From contig CAWIJT010000003.1 in the NCBI GenBank assembly GCA_963836495.1, positions 457,667 to 521,666 on the forward strand: a stretch of DNA of 64,000 nucleotides, in the 5' to 3' direction. A program made the translations under genes and the position numbers. Numbering within the stretch: position 1 is the first letter of the stretch; the number at the start of each line of letters is the position of its first letter. Positions 36,001-50,345 of this stretch are shown here, in pieces. This DNA comes from an uncultured Actinomycetota bacterium. Lineage in GTDB: Bacteria > Actinomycetota > Actinomycetes > Mycobacteriales > Mycobacteriaceae. Below the pieces are notes generated by a model, which had not been told where the DNA came from, searched no databases, and saw nothing but the letters and a program-made list of their open reading frames with translations.

Positions 36001-39000
36001 CCCACCGGGCCTCGTACGTCCCGCAACCAGCAGATGATCGGGGTCGCGGCCGCAGGCCCTACACCCTCGTCAATCACCTCGTTCGCATCGGTGGCCACGC
36101 CGGCGACCCGGGCCAGCCGGGCCACGGTCTGCTCCACGAAAATATCGCGCGGCCGGCAAAGCACCCCGGCGCCCCGCGCCCGGGCCACCACCTGCATCGA
36201 CAGGATGCTGTCCCCGCCCAACTCGAAGAAGGATTCGTCGACTCCGACCCGGTCTACGCCCAGGACCTGGGCGTAGATACCGGCCAGGATCTCCTCGATC
36301 GCGTCAGCGGGGGCGCGGTAGCGATCGAGGTCGTGGTATTCGGGCACCGGCAGGGCCCGGGTGTCGAGTTTGCCGTTGACCGTCAACGGCAACGCATCGA
36401 GCACCACCACCGCGGCCGGGACCATATAGGCCGGCAGCCGCTCGGCCAGCACCGCGCGCACCCCGGCCGCATCGGTGGCCCCGGTGACATAGCCCACCAG
36501 GCGCTTATCGCCGGGGCGGTCCTCGCGGGCGATCACCGCCGCCTGCCCCACCCCGTCGACGGCGATCAATGCGGCCTGGACTTCACCGAGCTCGATGCGA
36601 TACCCGCGGATCTTGACCTGCTCATCGGCCCGCCCCACATACCGCAGCTGCCCGTCGGCACCCCACCACACCAAATCCCCGGTGCGATACATCCGCGATC
36701 CCGGCGCCCCGAACGGACAGGCCACAAACCGCGAACCGGTCAACCCGGCCCGACCCACATAACCCACCGCCACCCCGGCACCGGCCACATACAACTCCCC
36801 CACCACACCCGCCGGCACCAACCGCAACCACCCATCCAGCACAACGAAGCCAAGGTGGGCCAGCGGCACCCCGATCGGGCTCACCGCGGCCTCGACATCG
36901 CCGGGCAGGATCTCCCGGAACGAGGCGTGCACTGTTGTCTCGGTGATGCCGTACATATTGATCAGTCGCGGTACGTCGGGATGGCTATCCCGCCAAGCCC
37001 TAAGACGTTGCGGCTCCAGCGCTTCACCGCCGAAAATCACCGCCTCCAGCGTGAGTCGACGGCCCAGCTCAGGCGCCAAGCTGTCGGCGGTTTGCAAGGC
37101 ATAAAACGCCGACGGGGTTTGACTTAAGACGCTGACCTGTTCAGCGACGAGCATGGCGTGGAAATCTTCCGGCGAGCGAACCACCGCATCGGGCACCAAT
37201 ACCAGCCGTCCACCATGGAGCAGCGCGCCAAAGATCTCCCACACCGAAAAGTCGAAGGCCAGCGAGTGCGCCTGCGTCCACACCTGCCCCGCCGCCAGCT
37301 CTACACCGGAATTCAGTGTCTGCAGCAGCACCGTCACGTTGCGGTGTGGAATGGCCACCCCTTTCGGGGTCCCGGTAGTGCCCGAGGTGTAGATCACATA
37401 AGCGATGTCATCCGGATTAGGCGGCGGCAGCGCGGTGCTGGGTTGGCCGGCGATGGCGCGATCCTCGACATCGATAACCACCACGTCCTGCCCGTTCAGG
37501 CGCGACCGCAACGCTGCGGTGGTGATGGCCGCGACCGGCGCGGCGTCCTCGAGGACGAACGCAATCCGGGCTTCGGGCACCGCCGGATCGATGGGCACAT
37601 ACGCGGCCCCGGTTTTGAGCACCGCAAAAATCGCCACGATCGCCTCAGCCGATCGGGGCAGCAGCAGCGCCACACGCCGCCCCGCCCCCACACCCCGCTC
37701 CATCAACGCATGCGCCAACCGGTTTGACGCCTCGTCTAGCTCCCGATACGTCCACGACAAGTCACCGCAGCTGATCGCCACCGCCCCCGCAGTCCACCCC
37801 ACCTGCGCGGCGAACAACTCCGGAATCGACACCGGCACCGGCGCGGGCTGGGTCAACACCGCCCGGTTACCCCACTTCTGCAACCGGGCGTGCTCGGTGT
37901 CATCGAGCACATCGATCGATGAGAGCCGGCGGGTGGGGTCGGTGGTCAGTGCCTCCACGACCCGCCGCAACCGGGTGATCAGGGTGTGGATGCTGGCGGT
38001 GTCGAAGACGTCGGTGCGAAATTCCACCGCCCCGCCGATCCCGGCGGGCTCACCGGTGGGGGTCCAGTGTTCGGCCAACGAAAACGACAGGTCCACTCGG
38101 GCGGTGTGGGTGTCGACCGGCAGCGGTGTGATGTCGAGATCACCCAGCGTCAACCCGGCGGCGGGATCGTTGTTGGTCTGCCAGTTCTGCCAGGCCAACA
38201 GCACCTGGACCAGCGGGTGATGGGTCAGGCTCCGGGCTGGGTTGAGCCGTTCGACCAGCAGCTCAAACGGCACGTCCTGATGCTCGTAGGCGGCCAGGCT
38301 GCGTGCCCGTACCTGGGCGAGCAGTTCGGCGACGGTGGGATCCCCGGCCACCTCGACCCGCAACACCAAGGTGTTGACGAAAAACCCGACGAGCTCATCG
38401 AGGGCGGGATCGCGCCGTCCGGCGATCGGGAAGCCCACTGCCACATCAGCGCTTGCGCTGAGTTTGGACAGCAGCACCGCCAGCGCGGCCTGGATCACCA
38501 TGAAACTGGTCGCGCTGTGCGCGCGGGCCAGCCGGGCAACCTGCTGCTGCACGTCGGCCGGCCAGTCCACTGTCACACTGGCGCCGCGCTGATCAGCCAC
38601 CGGCGGATAAGGCCGATCGGTGGGCAGCTGCAGCCGCTCGGGAATGCCGGTCAAGGCTTGCTGCCAGTAGCCGAGCTGCGCGGCGATGGGACTGTCGCTG
38701 TCGTTGACGTCGCCGAGTTGGGTGTGCTGCCACAGTGTGTAATCGACGTACTGCACCGCCAACGGTGACCAGTTGGGCGCTTGTCCGGTGCACCGGCTGG
38801 CATAGGCCACTGCCAGGTCGCGCACCAACGGGGTGATCGACCAGCCGTCGGCGGCAATGTGGTGCACCACGGCCACCAACACGTGCTCATCCTCGGCCAT
38901 GCGGAAAAGCCGAGCCCGCAACGGGATTTGGGCTGCCAGATCAAACGGGTCACGCGCCACGATGTCGATGGCCTCGCCCAGCCGGCCTTCGGTCCAACCG

Positions 39001-42000
39001 GCGGCATCCACGACGTCCCAACCAACCTCGGCCCGCTCGGCGGGCAATACCAGCTGCCGCGGTATCCCCTCGACCGCCGGGAACACCGTGCGCAGGCTCT
39101 CATGGCGGCTCACCACATCAGCCAGCGCCGCCCCCAATGCGTCGGCATCGAGGCGACCACGCAACCGCAACCCGACTGCCATGTTGTATACCGGCGAGGG
39201 CCCCTGTAACTGGTCGATGAACCACAACCGGTTCTGGGCGAACGACAACGGGACCACCGCGGGTCGCTCACGCGCCGCCACCGGCTCCCGCCGGCCCGCC
39301 TGCGCACCGATACGGGGCGCCAACTGGGCCACCGTCGGCGCCTCAAACAACGTCCGCACCGACAGGTCGGCATCCAAGCTGGTATTGACCGCCGCGACCA
39401 GACGCATCGCAGACAGCGAATCCCCGCCCAACTCGAAGAAGGATTCGTCGACTCCGACCCGGTCTACGCCCAGGACCTGGGCGTAGATACCGGCCAGGAT
39501 CTCCTCGATCGCGTCAGCGGGGGCGCGGTAGCGATCGAGGTCGTGGTATTCGGGCACCGGCAGGGCCCGGGTGTCGAGTTTGCCGTTGACCGTCAACGGC
39601 AACGCATCGAGCACCACCACCGCGGCCGGGACCATATAGGCCGGCAGCCGCTCGGCCAGCACCGCGCGTACCCCGGCCGCATCGGTGGTCCCGGTGACAT
39701 AGCCCACCAGGCGCTTATCGCCGGGGCGGTCCTCGCGGGCGATCACCGCCGCCTGCCCCACCCCGTCGACGGCGATCAATGCGGCCTGGACTTCACCGAG
39801 CTCGATGCGATACCCGCGGATCTTGACCTGCTCATCGGCCCGCCCCACATACCGCAGCTGCCCGTCGGCACCCCACCACACCAAATCCCCGGTGCGATAC
39901 ATCCGCGATCCCGGCGCCCCGAACGGGCAGGCCACAAACCGCGAACCGGTCAACCCGGCCCGACCCACATAACCCACCGCCACCCCGGCACCGGCCACAT
40001 ACAACTCCCCCACCACACCCGCCGGCACCAACCGCAACCACCCATCCAGCACAAACAATGCCGCCCCGGGCACCGGCGAACCGATCGGCACCACACCCGC
40101 GCCCGCCCTCAGGGGAGCGCTGATCGATGCATAAACCGTGGTCTCGGTGGGGCCGTAGCCGTTGATCATCACTCGCCCAGGCGCCCACCGATCTACCACT
40201 TCGGCCGGGCAGGGCTCAGCGGCGATCACCAGCGCCGCCGATTCCAAACCCTGAGATGAGAGCATCCCCACCGCCGACGGGGTTTGACTTAAGACGCTGA
40301 CCTGTTCAGCGACCAGCATGGCGTGGAAGTCCTCGGGTGAGGCCGCCACGGACTCGGGCACCACCACCAGGCGCCCACCATGCAACAGTGCGCCCCAGAT
40401 CTCCCATACCGAGTAGTCGAAGGCATACGAGTGGCACTGTGTCCACACCTGTCCAGGTCCGGGCGGCAGGCCGGCAGCCGGTGCGTCGAAAAGCCGGGTG
40501 ACGTTGTGGTGCGTGACGGCCACCCCCTTCGGCACCCCGGTGGTGCCCGAGGTGTAGATCAGGTAGGCGATGTCATCCGGCGCCGGCGCCGGCAGCGCGG
40601 TGCAAGGGTGATCGTCCACAGCGGGGTCATCGAGTTCGATGACCACCACGTCCTGCCCGTTCAGGCGCGACCGCAACGCTGCGGTGGTGATGGCCGCGAC
40701 CGGTGCGGCGTCCTCGAGGACGAACGCAATCCGGGCTTCGGGCACCGCCGGATCGATGGGCACATACGCGGCCCCGGTTTTGAGCACCGCCAAAATCGCC
40801 ACGATCGCCTCAGCCGACCGGGGCAGCAGCAGCGCCACTACATCGTCGGGACCTACGCCTTGGCCGGCTAATAGGTGCGCCAACCGGTTTGACGCCTCGT
40901 CTAGCTCGCGATACGTCCACGAGTGCTTACCCCCGCTCATCGCGACGGCTTGTGGGGCTTGGGCTACCTGCGCGGCGAACAACTCCGGAATCGACACCGG
41001 CACCGGCGCGGGCTGGGTCAACACCGCCCGGTTACCCCACTTCTGCAACCGGGCGTGCTCGGTGTCATCGAGCACATCGATCGATGAGAGCCGGCGGGTG
41101 GGGTCGGTGGTCAGTGCCTCCACGACCCGCCGCAACCGGGTGATCAGGGTGTGGATGCTGGCGGTGTCGAAGACGTCGGTGCGAAATTCCACCGCCCCGC
41201 CGATCCCGGCGGGCTCACCGGTGGGGGTCCAGTGTTCGGCCAACGAAAACGACAGGTCCACTCGGGCGGTGTGGGTGTCGACCGGCAGCGGTGTGATGTC
41301 GAGATCACCCAGCGTCAACCCGGCGGCGGGATCGTTGTTGGTCTGCCAGTTCTGCCAGGCCAACAGCACCTGGACCAGCGGGTGATGGGTCAGGCTCCGG
41401 GCTGGGTTGAGCCGTTCGACCAGCAGCTCAAACGGCACGTCCTGATGCTCGTAGGCGGCCAGGCTGCGTGCCCGTACCTGGGCGAGCAGTTCGGCGACGG
41501 TGGGATCCCCGGCCACCTCGACCCGCAACACCAAGGTGTTGACGAAAAACCCGACGAGCTCATCGAGGGCGGGATCGCGCCGTCCGGCGATCGGGAAGCC
41601 CACTGCCACATCAGCGCTTGCGCTGAGTTTGGACAGCAGCACCGCCAGCGCGGCCTGGATCACCATGAAACTGGTCGCGCTGTGCGCGCGGGCCAGCCGG
41701 GCAACCTGCTGCTGGACGTCGGCCGGCCAGTCCACTGTCACACTGGCGCCGCGCTGATCAGCCACCGGCGGATAAGGCCGATCGGTGGGCAGCTGCAGCC
41801 GCTCGGGCATGCCGGTCAAGGCTTGCTGCCAGTAGCCGAGCTGCGCGGCGATGGGACTGTCGCTGTCGTTGACGTCGCCGAGTTGGGTGTGCTGCCACAG
41901 TGTGTAATCGACGTACTGCACCGCCAACGGTGACCAGTTGGGCGCTTGTCCGGTGCACCGGCTGGCATAGGCCACTGCCAGGTCGCGCACCAACGGGGTG

Positions 42001-45000
42001 ATCGACCAGCCGTCGGCGGCAATGTGGTGCACCACGGCCACCAACACGTGCTCATCCTCGGCCATGCGGAAAAGCCGAGCCCGCAACGGGATTTGGGCTG
42101 CCAGATCAAACGGGTCACGCGCCACGATGTCGATGGCCTCGCCCAGCCGGCCTTCGGTCCAACCGGCGGCATCCACGACGTCCCAACCAACCTCGGCCCG
42201 CTCGGCGGGCAATACCAGCTGCCGCGGTATCCCCTCGACCGCCGGGAACACCGTGCGCAGGCTCTCATGGCGGCTCACCACATCAGCCAGCGCCGCGCCC
42301 AATGCGTCGGCATCGAGGCGACCACGCAACCGCAATCCGACTGCCATGTTGTATACCGGCGAGGGCCCCTGTAACTGGTCGATGAACCACAACCGGTTCT
42401 GGGCGAACGACAACGGGACCACCGCGGGTCGCTCACGCGCCGCCACCGGCTCCCGCCGGCCCGCCTGCGCACCGATACGGGGCGCCAACTGGGCCACCGT
42501 CGGCGCCTCAAACAACGTCCGCACCGACAGGTCGGCATCCAAGCTGGTATTGACCGCCGCGACCAGACGCATCGCAGACAGCGAATCCCCGCCCAACTCG
42601 AAGAAGGATTCGTCGACTCCGACCCGGTCTACGCCCAGGACCTGGGCGTAGATACCGGCCAGGATCTCCTCGATCGCGTCAGCGGGGGCGCGGTAGCGAT
42701 CGAGGTCGTGGTATTCGGGCACCGGCAGGGCCCGGGTGTCGAGTTTGCCGTTGACCGTCAACGGCAACGCATCGAGCACCACCACCGCGGCCGGGACCAT
42801 ATAGGCCGGCAGCCGCTCGGCCAGCACCGCGCGCACCCCGGCCGCATCGGTGGTCCCGGTGACATAGCCCACCAGGCGCTTATCGCCGGGGCGGTCCTCG
42901 CGGGCGATCACCGCCGCCTGCCCCACCCCGTCGACGGCGATCAATGCGGCCTGGACTTCACCGAGCTCGATGCGATACCCGCGGATCTTGACCTGCTCAT
43001 CGGCCCGCCCCACATACCGCAGCTGCCCATCGGCACCCCACCACACCAAATCCCCGGTGCGATACATCCGCGATCCCGGCGCCCCGAACGGGCAGGCCAC
43101 AAACCGCGAACCGGTCAACCCGGCCCGACCCACATAACCCACCGCCACCCCGGCACCGGCCACATACAACTCCCCCACCACACCCGCCGGCACCAACCGC
43201 AACCACCCATCCAGCACAACGAAGCCAAGGTGGGCCAGCGGCACCCCGATCGGGCTCACCGCGGCCTCGACATCGCCGGGCAGGATCTCCCGGAACGAGG
43301 CGTGCACTGTTGTCTCGGTGATGCCGTACATATTGATCAGTCGCGGTACGTCGGGATGGCTATCCCGCCAAGCCCTAAGACGTTGCGGCTCCAGCGCTTC
43401 ACCGCCGAAAATCACCGCCTCCAGCGTGAGTCGACGGCCCAGCTCAGGCGCCAAGCTGTCGGCGGTTTGCAAGGCATAAAACGCCGACGGGGTTTGACTT
43501 AAGACGCTGACCTGTTCAGCGACGAGCATGGCGTGGAAATCTTCCGGCGAGCGAACCACCGCATCGGGCACCAATACCAGCCGTCCACCATGGAGCAGCG
43601 CGCCAAAGATCTCCCACACCGAAAAGTCGAAGGCCAGCGAGTGCGCCTGCGTCCACACCTGCCCCGCCGCCAGCTCTACACCGGAATTCAGTGTCTGCAG
43701 CAGCACCGTCACGTTGCGGTGTGGAATGGCCACCCCTTTCGGGGTCCCGGTAGTGCCCGAGGTGTAGATCACATAAGCGATGTCATCCGGATTAGGCGGC
43801 GGCAGCGCGGTGCTGGGTTGGCCGGCGATGGCGCGATCCTCGACATCGATGACCACCACGTCCTGCCCGTCCAGGCGCGACCGCAACCCCGCGGTGGTGA
43901 TGGCCGCGACCGGCGCGGCGTCCTCGAGGACGAACGCAATCCGGGCTTCGGGCACCGCCGGATCGATGGGCACATACGCCGCCCCGGTTTTGAGCACCGC
44001 AAAAATCGCCACGATCGCCTCAGCCGACCGGGGCAGCAGCAGCGCCACACGCCGCCCCGCCCCCACACCCCGCTCCATCAACGCATGCGCCAACCGGTTT
44101 GACGCCTCGTCTAGCTCCCGATACGTCCACGACAAGTCACCGCAGCTGATCGCCACCGCCCCCGCAGTCCACCCCACCTGCGCGGCGAACAACTCCGGAA
44201 TCGACACCGGCACCGGCGCGGGCTGGGTCAACACCGCCCGGTTACCCCACTTCTGCAACCGGGCGTGCTCGGTGTCATCGAGCACATCGATCGATGAGAG
44301 CCGGCGGGTGGGGTCGGCGGTCATGGCGACGAGCAAACAGATGTATCGCTGGAACAGCGTCTGGATGCCGGCGGTGTCGAACACATCGGTGTCGAACTCG
44401 GCACGAAGGCCCAGCTCGGTCCCGGGCAGAGCTTGCACCGCAAGCGGGTAGTGGTTGTATTCGCGGTTGCTGAACTCGGTGATGGCCAGGCCATCGGCGC
44501 CCAACGGCGCGGCGGTGTCGATCGGGTAGTTCTCGTAGACGAAGAGGGTGTCGAACAGCTGTTCCTGACCGGCGATGCGGTGAATGTCGCTCAGTGCTAA
44601 ATGCTGGTGGTCGACGGTGTGGTTGTAGGCGCGGTGCAGTTGGTCGAGTAGCGCGGTGGTGGTGGTCGCCGGGGTGATAGTGGCCCGCACCGGCACTGTG
44701 TTGATAAGTAGGCCCACCATCGATTCCGCGCCGGGCACTTCGGCGGGCCGCCCGGAGACTGTTGTACCGAAGGCGACGTCATGGTGACCAGTCAACCGGC
44801 ACAGCAGTTGCGCGAAGGCGCTCTGCAGCACGATGTTGACGGTGGTGTGCGATGAGCGCGCCAGCTCGCTGACCGCGCGGGTGGTCTGCTCGGGCACGCG
44901 GAACGATGCCACGCCTCGCCGCCCCGGCTCCGACCGTTCTGGTGGACCCACCAAGGTGGGGGTGTCAAGACCGGACAGCACCTCACCCCAGGCCGCGTGG

Positions 45001-45551
45001 GCGGCATCACGATCTCGACTGGCCAGCCAGGAGACGAACCTGCGGTAGGGGACTGGAACAGGGAGACGCTCGTTGTAGTAGCAGGCAAATATTTCTCGTA
45101 GCAGGATCGGCAGTGACCAACCGTCCATCACGATGTGGTGATTCGTCAGTACAAACCGGTGCCGATCGTCCTCGACCCGGATCAACGCGGCCCGAAAAGC
45201 AGGCTGGTTGGCTAGATCGCAGACTGCGGCACGCTCAGCGGCGCACACCCGCTGAATCTGCTCAGGGAAACCGTCGGCGTCCAGTTCGACGTACTGCCAC
45301 GGTGTGACGGGATCGGCCGGGATGATCTGTACGGGCTGGTCAAACTTTTCAGAGAATCGAGCAACCAAGTGCGGATGCCGGGCCACCACCGCCTGCACCG
45401 CATCCCGCAGCCGGTGCTGATCAAGCCGACCGCTCAGCGTGATGTCCAACTGCACGGCATACAGATCGTCGTCGCTGCCCTGAGACGTGCTGGCGTGGAA
45501 CAGGAGCCCCTGCTGCAACGGGGTCAGCGGCAATACGTCAGCGATCCGCAT
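33036..45551 (-). CDS. NRPS, C-A-T-C-A-T-C-A-T-E-C-T (Mps2/PstB-like N-terminus)
   Basis: ATG 45551 ([15 protein letters not shown]); C motifs HHIVMDG, HHIAADG x2 and HHIVLDG; three YTSGTTG A domains; T motifs GGDSLSAM x2, GGDSILSM before E (HHLAVDG), and terminal GGDSLSAM; no TE or reductase. Confidence 0.93.
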   Translation of the reverse strand: MRIADVLPLTPLQQGLLFHASTSQGSDDDLYAVQLDITLSGRLDQHRLRDAVQAVVARHPHLVARFSEKFDQPVQIIPADPVTPWQYVELDADGFPEQIQRVCAAERAAVCDLANQPAFRAALIRVEDDRHRFVLTNHHIVMDGWSLPILLREIFACYYNERLPVPVPYRRFVSWLASRDRDAAHAAWGEVLSGLDTPTLVGPPERSEPGRRGVASFRVPEQTTRAVSELARSSHTTVNIVLQSAFAQLLCRLTGHHDVAFGTTVSGRPAEVPGAESMVGLLINTVPVRATITPATTTTALLDQLHRAYNHTVDHQHLALSDIHRIAGQEQLFDTLFVYENYPIDTAAPLGADGLAITEFSNREYNHYPLAVQALPGTELGLRAEFDTDVFDTAGIQTLFQRYICLLVAMTADPTRRLSSIDVLDDTEHARLQKWGNRAVLTQPAPVPVSIPELFAAQVGWTAGAVAISCGDLSWTYRELDEASNRLAHALMERGVGAGRRVALLLPRSAEAIVAIFAVLKTGAAYVPIDPAVPEARIAFVLEDAAPVAAITTAGLRSRLDGQDVVVIDVEDRAIAGQPSTALPPPNPDDIAYVIYTSGTTGTPKGVAIPHRNVTVLLQTLNSGVELAAGQVWTQAHSLAFDFSVWEIFGALLHGGRLVLVPDAVVRSPEDFHAMLVAEQVSVLSQTPSAFYALQTADSLAPELGRRLTLEAVIFGGEALEPQRLRAWRDSHPDVPRLINMYGITETTVHASFREILPGDVEAAVSPIGVPLAHLGFVVLDGWLRLVPAGVVGELYVAGAGVAVGYVGRAGLTGSRFVACPFGAPGSRMYRTGDLVWWGADGQLRYVGRADEQVKIRGYRIELGEVQAALIAVDGVGQAAVIAREDRPGDKRLVGYVTGTTDAAGVRAVLAERLPAYMVPAAVVVLDALPLTVNGKLDTRALPVPEYHDLDRYRAPADAIEEILAGIYAQVLGVDRVGVDESFFELGGDSLSAMRLVAAVNTSLDADLSVRTLFEAPTVAQLAPRIGAQAGRREPVAARERPAVVPLSFAQNRLWFIDQLQGPSPVYNMAVGLRLRGRLDADALGAALADVVSRHESLRTVFPAVEGIPRQLVLPAERAEVGWDVVDAAGWTEGRLGEAIDIVARDPFDLAAQIPLRARLFRMAEDEHVLVAVVHHIAADGWSITPLVRDLAVAYASRCTGQAPNWSPLAVQYVDYTLWQHTQLGDVNDSDSPIAAQLGYWQQALTGMPERLQLPTDRPYPPVADQRGASVTVDWPADVQQQVARLARAHSATSFMVIQAALAVLLSKLSASADVAVGFPIAGRRDPALDELVGFFVNTLVLRVEVAGDPTVAELLAQVRARSLAAYEHQDVPFELLVERLNPARSLTHHPLVQVLLAWQNWQTNNDPAAGLTLGDLDITPLPVDTHTARVDLSFSLAEHWTPTGEPAGIGGAVEFRTDVFDTASIHTLITRLRRVVEALTTDPTRRLSSIDVLDDTEHARLQKWGNRAVLTQPAPVPVSIPELFAAQVAQAPQAVAMSGGKHSWTYRELDEASNRLAHLLAGQGVGPDDVVALLLPRSAEAIVAILAVLKTGAAYVPIDPAVPEARIAFVLEDAAPVAAITTAALRSRLNGQDVVVIELDDPAVDDHPCTALPAPAPDDIAYLIYTSGTTGVPKGVAVTHHNVTRLFDAPAAGLPPGPGQVWTQCHSYAFDYSVWEIWGALLHGGRLVVVPESVAASPEDFHAMLVAEQVSVLSQTPSAVGMLSSQGLESAALVIAAEPCPAEVVDRWAPGRVMINGYGPTETTVYASISAPLRAGAGVVPIGSPVPGAALFVLDGWLRLVPAGVVGELYVAGAGVAVGYVGRAGLTGSRFVACPFGAPGSRMYRTGDLVWWGADGQLRYVGRADEQVKIRGYRIELGEVQAALIAVDGVGQAAVIAREDRPGDKRLVGYVTGTTDAAGVRAVLAERLPAYMVPAAVVVLDALPLTVNGKLDTRALPVPEYHDLDRYRAPADAIEEILAGIYAQVLGVDRVGVDESFFELGGDSLSAMRLVAAVNTSLDADLSVRTLFEAPTVAQLAPRIGAQAGRREPVAARERPAVVPLSFAQNRLWFIDQLQGPSPVYNMAVGLRLRGRLDADALGAALADVVSRHESLRTVFPAVEGIPRQLVLPAERAEVGWDVVDAAGWTEGRLGEAIDIVARDPFDLAAQIPLRARLFRMAEDEHVLVAVVHHIAADGWSITPLVRDLAVAYASRCTGQAPNWSPLAVQYVDYTLWQHTQLGDVNDSDSPIAAQLGYWQQALTGIPERLQLPTDRPYPPVADQRGASVTVDWPADVQQQVARLARAHSATSFMVIQAALAVLLSKLSASADVAVGFPIAGRRDPALDELVGFFVNTLVLRVEVAGDPTVAELLAQVRARSLAAYEHQDVPFELLVERLNPARSLTHHPLVQVLLAWQNWQTNNDPAAGLTLGDLDITPLPVDTHTARVDLSFSLAEHWTPTGEPAGIGGAVEFRTDVFDTASIHTLITRLRRVVEALTTDPTRRLSSIDVLDDTEHARLQKWGNRAVLTQPAPVPVSIPELFAAQVGWTAGAVAISCGDLSWTYRELDEASNRLAHALMERGVGAGRRVALLLPRSAEAIVAIFAVLKTGAAYVPIDPAVPEARIAFVLEDAAPVAAITTAALRSRLNGQDVVVIDVEDRAIAGQPSTALPPPNPDDIAYVIYTSGTTGTPKGVAIPHRNVTVLLQTLNSGVELAAGQVWTQAHSLAFDFSVWEIFGALLHGGRLVLVPDAVVRSPEDFHAMLVAEQVSVLSQTPSAFYALQTADSLAPELGRRLTLEAVIFGGEALEPQRLRAWRDSHPDVPRLINMYGITETTVHASFREILPGDVEAAVSPIGVPLAHLGFVVLDGWLRLVPAGVVGELYVAGAGVAVGYVGRAGLTGSRFVACPFGAPGSRMYRTGDLVWWGADGQLRYVGRADEQVKIRGYRIELGEVQAALIAVDGVGQAAVIAREDRPGDKRLVGYVTGATDAAGVRAVLAERLPAYMVPAAVVVLDALPLTVNGKLDTRALPVPEYHDLDRYRAPADAIEEILAGIYAQVLGVDRVGVDESFFELGGDSILSMQVVARARGAGVLCRPRDIFVEQTVARLARVAGVATDANEVIDEGVGPAAATPIICWLRDVRGPVGEFNQTVLLQAPAGVTEADVVVLLQALLDRHAMLRVRVEDDGARGWSLQVPDAGSVDARACLQTVDVVSDDAVVAARSRLNPAAGVMLSALWATSTAQLVVIIHHLAVDGVSWRILLEDLNIAWSQHRGGQQVDLPAPGMSFARWASLLVEHATRREVVEQVDAWRQAAAIPPALPAVRPEVDTYAGAGQLSVLLDAETTQMLLGEVPTSFHAGIHDILLIAFGLALAEFLGTGASPVGIDVEGHGRQEELGTDVDLSRTVGWFTTKYPVALAVGGLSWVQVVAGDAGLGAVIKAAKEQLRALPDPLTYGLLRYLNPDVDLAGSDPVIGFNYLGRLGAGAAAASGQAWQVCQDASSVTGVAAAIPMPLMHTVALNAGTIDTDTGPHLQAGWTWAPSALDHAQVSRMSRLWFEALAGICAYVRRGGGGLTPSDIAPARLSQQQIDELCRQYEIADILPLTPLQRGLLFHANTAHAGGDDVYAVQLDIALNGRLDQHRLRDALHAVVTRHPHLAARFSEQFDQPVQIIPADPTTPWRFIDLSVGDRDLDEDIQRVCAAERAAVFNLADEPAFRAALIRTEEDQHRFVLTNHHIVLDGWSLPNMLREVFASYYGQRLPATAPYRKFITWLADRDHEAARAAWRDVLAGFDTPTLIGPPDRLGVGPRDVASFWVSEHTTRAVAELARSSHTTVNTVLQGAFATLLMWLTGHHDVAFGAVVSGRPDEVVGAESMIGLLINTVPVRATIDTATTTTDLLNQLHNNHNQTLEHQHLALSDIHRATGHERLFDTVIVYENYPTDAAALSGADGLVVTGLTNRDYYHYPLTIQAVPGNELELRVQYRADFFNAPVIEALIERFQRVLVTMAGDPKQPLSSIDLDERDDQALFAQPLTTSISAPGHQANGGEYRAPATLIEQVLAGIWAEVLGVDRVGVEDSFFDLGGDSLSAMRAIAAINTALDAHLALPTLINAPTIKSLGQQLNRQSTAAQETTE
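36210..44316. repeat. Near-identical intragenic NRPS duplications
   Basis: 36210..37941 matches 42585..44316 (offset 6375), and 37801..40053 matches 40966..43218 (offset 3165), with only scattered substitutions. Confidence 0.92.
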
Positions 45552-48500
45552 ACAACCGCTCAAGCTCGTCGATCTGCTGCTGGCTCAACTGAGCAAGCGC
45601 GAGATCCGACGGCGTCAACCCGCCCCCACCGTGGCGCACGTGCGCACAGATCCCGGAAAGGGCGTCAAACCACAACCGGCCCAGCCGGCTGACCTGTGCG
45701 TGATCCAGCGCCGACGGCGCCCACCACCAGGCAGCGCGCAGGTACGAGCCGGTATCGGTATCGATTATGCCGGCGTTGAGTTCCACGGTGTGCGCCAACG
45801 GCATGGGCTCCCTCACGGTGGCGTCGATAGTCGACAAGCCGTCCAGGCTGATCCGCCACCCATCATCGGATTCGCCCGCCGCGGCGCCTAGCCGCCCCAA
45901 GTAGTTGAATCCAATCGGTGGGTCGGACCCCGCTAAGTCGACATCGGGATTCATATAACGCAGTAACCCATAGGTCAGAGGCTCAGGCAGGGCGCGGAGC
46001 TGCTCTTTGGCGTCCTTGATCAGCCCCCCCAACCCTGCATCGCCGGCCACCACCTGTGCCCAGGACAGGCCGCCGACCGCCAACGCCACCGGGTATTTGG
46101 TGGTGAACCAACCCACGGTGCGCGATAGGTCAACATCGGGTCCGAGCTCATCGTGGCGCCCGTGGCCCTCCACGTCGATGCCGATCGGCGCGCCGCCCGT
46201 GCCCAAGAACTCCGCACACGCCAAGGCGAACGCGATCAGCAAAATCTCCTGGACGCCAGCGTGAAACGCCGCGGGTACCTCACCCAAAAGAATGCGGGTT
46301 GTCTCCGCATCCAATGCCATCGAGAGCTTCCCGAAGCTGGCATAGGTATCCACCTCAGGGCGCAGCGCCGGCAACGCCGCCGGTGTCGCCGCCACCTGCC
46401 GCCACACCGGTGCCTGCTGCACGACGTCCGGGCGGCTCGCGTGCTCGGTCAGCAGCTCCGACCAGCGGGCAAACGACGTCCCCGGCGGCGGTAACACCAC
46501 CTGCTGCCCCTGGTGGTGCTGGGCCCAGGCGATGTTGAGATCTTCCAGCAGGATCCGCCACGACACCCCGTCGACGGACAAATGGTGCACTATCGACACC
46601 AGCTGGCGGGTGGAGGCCACCCACACCGCGCTGATCATGACCCCGTCGGCAGGGTTCAACCGCGAACCTGCCGCTATGACGGCCTCATCAGTCAACACGT
46701 CCACGGAGTCCAGGCAGTCGCGGGCATGCACCGAACCGGGCTCGGGCACGTGCAGTACCCAACCGCCGACGCCGTCGTCCTCGGCGCGCAGCCGCAGCAT
46801 GGCGTGGCGATCCAGTAGGGCCTGCAACACCACCACCACATCGGCCTCGGTCACCCCCGCGGGGGCCTGCACCACCGTGGTCTGGTTGAAGTGCTCGACC
46901 GGGCCGTCAACGCTTGCCAGCCAACGCATGATCGGGGTCGCGACCACCGGCCCAATGCCCTCATCGACCTGGGTGATCGCACCTTCGGCCACTCCGGCCA
47001 GCCGTGCCACGGTCTGCTCGACGAAGATGTCGCGCGGCCGAAACACCAGGCCGGCCGCCCGCGCTCGCGCCACCACTTGCATCGACAGGATGCTGTCGCC
47101 GCCGAGTTCGAAGAAGGAATCGTCGACCCCGACCCGCTCCAGGCCCAAGACCTGGGCGTAGATGCCGGTCAGGATCTCTTCGATCGCGTCGGCCGGGGGG
47201 CGGTAGTTGTCCGCGTCCAGAAATTCCGGCGCCGGCAGGGCGCGGGTGTCGAGTTTGCCGTTGACCGTCAGCGGCAACGCATCGATCGCCACCACCGCGG
47301 CCGGCACCATGTAGCCCGGGAGTCCCTCAGCGAGGGCGGCGCGCGCCGCGGCCGGATCCGCTGTCCCGGTGACATAGCCGACCAGCCGTTTGTCGCCGGG
47401 CCGGTCCTCGCGGGCGATCACCACCGCCTGCTGCACGCCGTCCAGCCCGGCCAGCGCGGCCTGGACCTCGCCGAGCTCGATGCGATGACCGCGGATCTTG
47501 ACCTGCTGGTCGGCGCGCCCCATGTAGCGCAGCTGCCCGTCGGCGCCCCACCACGCCAGGTCGCCGGTGCGATACATACGCGCTCCGGGTGGGCCGTACG
47601 GGCAGGCGACAAACCGGGTGCCGGTCAACCCTGATCGGCCCACATATCCATAGGCGGTCCCGGCGCCGGCCACGTAGAGCTCGCCGACCACGCCGGCGGG
47701 CACCGGCTGCAGCCAGGCATCGAGCACGAAGAACCCGAGATGTGCCAACGGCACCCCGATCGGACTGGCAGTGCTGTCGACATCGCCCGCGAGGATCTCC
47801 CGGAACGAGGCATGCACTGTCGTCTCGGTGATGCCGTACATGTTGATCAGGCGGGGTAATCCCGGATGGTTGTTCAGCCATGGTCGAAGACGCTGCGGCT
47901 CCAAGGCCTCACCACCGAACACCACCACCCCGAGCTTGAGCTGACGGCCCATTTCGGGTTGTAGCGCGGCGGCGCTTTGCAGCGCGTAAAACGCCGACGG
48001 GGTCTGGCTCAACACGCTGACCTCTTCGGCCACCAGCAAGGCATGGAACTCTTCCGGCGAGCGGACAACCGGGTCGGGCACCACCACGAGCCGCCCGCCG
48101 TAGAGCAACGCGCCCCAGATCTCCCACACCGAGAAGTCGAACGCCAACGAGTGACACTGCGACCACACCTGCCCGGTCAGCTCCAGGTCGGCATCCAGGG
48201 TCTCCAGCAGCCGCGTCACGTTGTGGTGCGGAATGGCAACCCCTTTCGGGGTGCCGGTCGTGCCCGAGGTGTAGATGAGGTACGCGATGTCATCCGCGGA
48301 TGGCGTCGGTAGTGCTGTGTCTAGGCGATTATCGTCGGCGTCTTCGTCGACGGCGATGACGGTCAGGTCGTGCCCGTCCAATCGCGACCGGAACTCGGCG
48401 GTGGTGATCGCAACGATCGGCGCGGCATCACCGAGCACGAACTCGATCCGGGCCGCCGGCACCGCCGGGTCGATCGGCACATACGCAGCCCCGGTTTTCA

Positions 48501-50085
48501 GCACCGCCAACATCGCCACGACGGCCTCAGCCGAGCGCGACAACAGCAGCGCCACCCGCTGCCCCGGGCCCACACCCTGGTGGGCCAACACCTGCGCCAA
48601 CCGGTCAGCGGCCTGCTCGACCTCGCGGTAGGTCCACGAGCGTTCCCCGGCGCTGATTGCCACCGCCTCCGGGGCGCGGGCCACCTGCGCAGCGAACACC
48701 GCCGGAATCGACACCGGCGCCGTTTGCGGTTGGGTCAACACCGCCCGGTTGCCCCAGTCATCCAGCCCGGCGTGCTCATCGGCATCGAGCAGATCCATCG
48801 ACGAAAGCCGCCGGCCCGGGTCAGCGGTCATCGCGACCAACAGCCGCCCCAAACGCCTCGCGATGTCCGAGACGTCGTAATTCGACAATGGCCCGTCGGC
48901 GCCGGCGGTGCTGAGGAAAAGCTGGTCACCGGCGCCGGAGAAGATCAACCCGAAGTCGCCCACTTGTCCAGGATTGGTGAATGACGCCGACGCCTCGACA
49001 CCGGCGAAGTCCATTGTCATTTTCGACGGCATGAAGTTGACGCTCACCCTGGCACCCGGGTGCTCGGTGCTGTTGGGATGGGCCTTGCGCTGCAGGGCGT
49101 GTACCGGAAACCGCTGGTGCTGCAAGGCTTCCCGTATCCGGGTGTCGACATGCCCGCAAAAATCGGCAACCGTAGCTGCCGGCGAAACCCGCAGGACCAG
49201 CGGCACCGCCCCGGAAATCATCCCGGGCAGCGTCTTCAATTCCGGGCGTACCCGCCTGCTGACCGGGAAGTCGAGCACCACCTCTGAGCCCTCGGCGCAC
49301 CACCCACGCACCAGAAGTGCACACGCCGCGGTGAGGATCGATGATCGAGGCATGTTCCATGCGTCGGACAACTCTTGGACTTGGCGAAGGACCGCGGAGT
49401 CCAGTCGAACCGGCGCGGAGGGCGAATGAGGCTCTCCATCACGAGCGGTGTGCGGTTGCCGATAACGCGGTTCGCTTTCCGGCGGAAGGTTCCTCGTCCA
49501 ATATGCTTCGTCGTCCAGATATTCAGCGGACGCTTCGTATTCCGACTCGCAGCGAATCAACTCCTGCAAGGAGCCGAAGAATGGAGGCGGAATCGGTGTG
49601 TCAGAAACAATGGCGGCGTAGACGGTGGCAATTCGGTGGGCGATAAGCGTAATTCCGGATCCGTCGATGACAATATGATGGAAGCATCCGAACAGATAGA
49701 ATTCGTCGACCCACGTTTGAAACAGTGCAAATGTGAACAACGGGCCAGTCGGCGGCATTGGCGTGGACTGGATTGATGCTGCTATCTCGCGTGCTTCCTG
49801 CACGGGATGACGCGATTCGCTCAGGTCATGGAAGGCGATGTCGAACTCTGGATCGCCCGCCCGTTGGAAAACCTGGCCATCAACGTCGAAGATCGCGGCC
49901 CTGGCCGGCTCGGCCTCCCGCATCACGTGACGGATCGCCTGCTCGATCAGATCGCGCTTCACCGTACCGTCGAATCGCACCAGCACACCCAGTTGCCAGT
50001 CCGTCCCGGCGTGACCGGTTTCCTGCGCAAGCCAGATGTCTAGTTGTCCCCGCGTCAGCGGAAGTGTGTGGTCATCAAAATCCAT
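45538..50085 (-). CDS. Starter NRPS, C(starter)-A-T-E (Mps1/PstA-like but single module)
   Basis: [17 protein letters not shown] starter-C N-terminus typical of GPL Mps1, HHIVIDG, Thr-type A domain, GGDSILSM, E domain HHLSVDG. Confidence 0.93.
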   Translation of the reverse strand: MDFDDHTLPLTRGQLDIWLAQETGHAGTDWQLGVLVRFDGTVKRDLIEQAIRHVMREAEPARAAIFDVDGQVFQRAGDPEFDIAFHDLSESRHPVQEAREIAASIQSTPMPPTGPLFTFALFQTWVDEFYLFGCFHHIVIDGSGITLIAHRIATVYAAIVSDTPIPPPFFGSLQELIRCESEYEASAEYLDDEAYWTRNLPPESEPRYRQPHTARDGEPHSPSAPVRLDSAVLRQVQELSDAWNMPRSSILTAACALLVRGWCAEGSEVVLDFPVSRRVRPELKTLPGMISGAVPLVLRVSPAATVADFCGHVDTRIREALQHQRFPVHALQRKAHPNSTEHPGARVSVNFMPSKMTMDFAGVEASASFTNPGQVGDFGLIFSGAGDQLFLSTAGADGPLSNYDVSDIARRLGRLLVAMTADPGRRLSSMDLLDADEHAGLDDWGNRAVLTQPQTAPVSIPAVFAAQVARAPEAVAISAGERSWTYREVEQAADRLAQVLAHQGVGPGQRVALLLSRSAEAVVAMLAVLKTGAAYVPIDPAVPAARIEFVLGDAAPIVAITTAEFRSRLDGHDLTVIAVDEDADDNRLDTALPTPSADDIAYLIYTSGTTGTPKGVAIPHHNVTRLLETLDADLELTGQVWSQCHSLAFDFSVWEIWGALLYGGRLVVVPDPVVRSPEEFHALLVAEEVSVLSQTPSAFYALQSAAALQPEMGRQLKLGVVVFGGEALEPQRLRPWLNNHPGLPRLINMYGITETTVHASFREILAGDVDSTASPIGVPLAHLGFFVLDAWLQPVPAGVVGELYVAGAGTAYGYVGRSGLTGTRFVACPYGPPGARMYRTGDLAWWGADGQLRYMGRADQQVKIRGHRIELGEVQAALAGLDGVQQAVVIAREDRPGDKRLVGYVTGTADPAAARAALAEGLPGYMVPAAVVAIDALPLTVNGKLDTRALPAPEFLDADNYRPPADAIEEILTGIYAQVLGLERVGVDDSFFELGGDSILSMQVVARARAAGLVFRPRDIFVEQTVARLAGVAEGAITQVDEGIGPVVATPIMRWLASVDGPVEHFNQTTVVQAPAGVTEADVVVVLQALLDRHAMLRLRAEDDGVGGWVLHVPEPGSVHARDCLDSVDVLTDEAVIAAGSRLNPADGVMISAVWVASTRQLVSIVHHLSVDGVSWRILLEDLNIAWAQHHQGQQVVLPPPGTSFARWSELLTEHASRPDVVQQAPVWRQVAATPAALPALRPEVDTYASFGKLSMALDAETTRILLGEVPAAFHAGVQEILLIAFALACAEFLGTGGAPIGIDVEGHGRHDELGPDVDLSRTVGWFTTKYPVALAVGGLSWAQVVAGDAGLGGLIKDAKEQLRALPEPLTYGLLRYMNPDVDLAGSDPPIGFNYLGRLGAAAGESDDGWRISLDGLSTIDATVREPMPLAHTVELNAGIIDTDTGSYLRAAWWWAPSALDHAQVSRLGRLWFDALSGICAHVRHGGGGLTPSDLALAQLSQQQIDELERLYADR

Positions 50086-50323
50086 CCGGTTTCCCTATCG
50101 AAACCCCCTGGTGGCTTGCCAACCTCTCGCGCAGGCTCTTCGGCCGTATATCAGTCCAGTTCTGTTCGATGTAGTCCAGACACGCCGCACGATCCCCTTC
50201 GCCGTACACCACTCGCCAGCCGGCTGGAACGTCCGCGAAGGCCGGCCACAGGCTGTGCTGTTCCTCGTCGTTGACCAAGACGAAAAAGCTGCCGTTGCCG
50301 TCGTCGAACGGGTTGATACTCAC
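50075..50323 (-). CDS. mbtH: MbtH-like protein
   Basis: [34 protein letters not shown]; overlaps the NRPS start by 11 nt. Confidence 0.95.
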   Translation of the reverse strand: MSINPFDDGNGSFFVLVNDEEQHSLWPAFADVPAGWRVVYGEGDRAACLDYIEQNWTDIRPKSLRERLASHQGVSIGKPDGF

Positions 50324-50345
50324 CACTTCTCCAGACGTCTACTCA

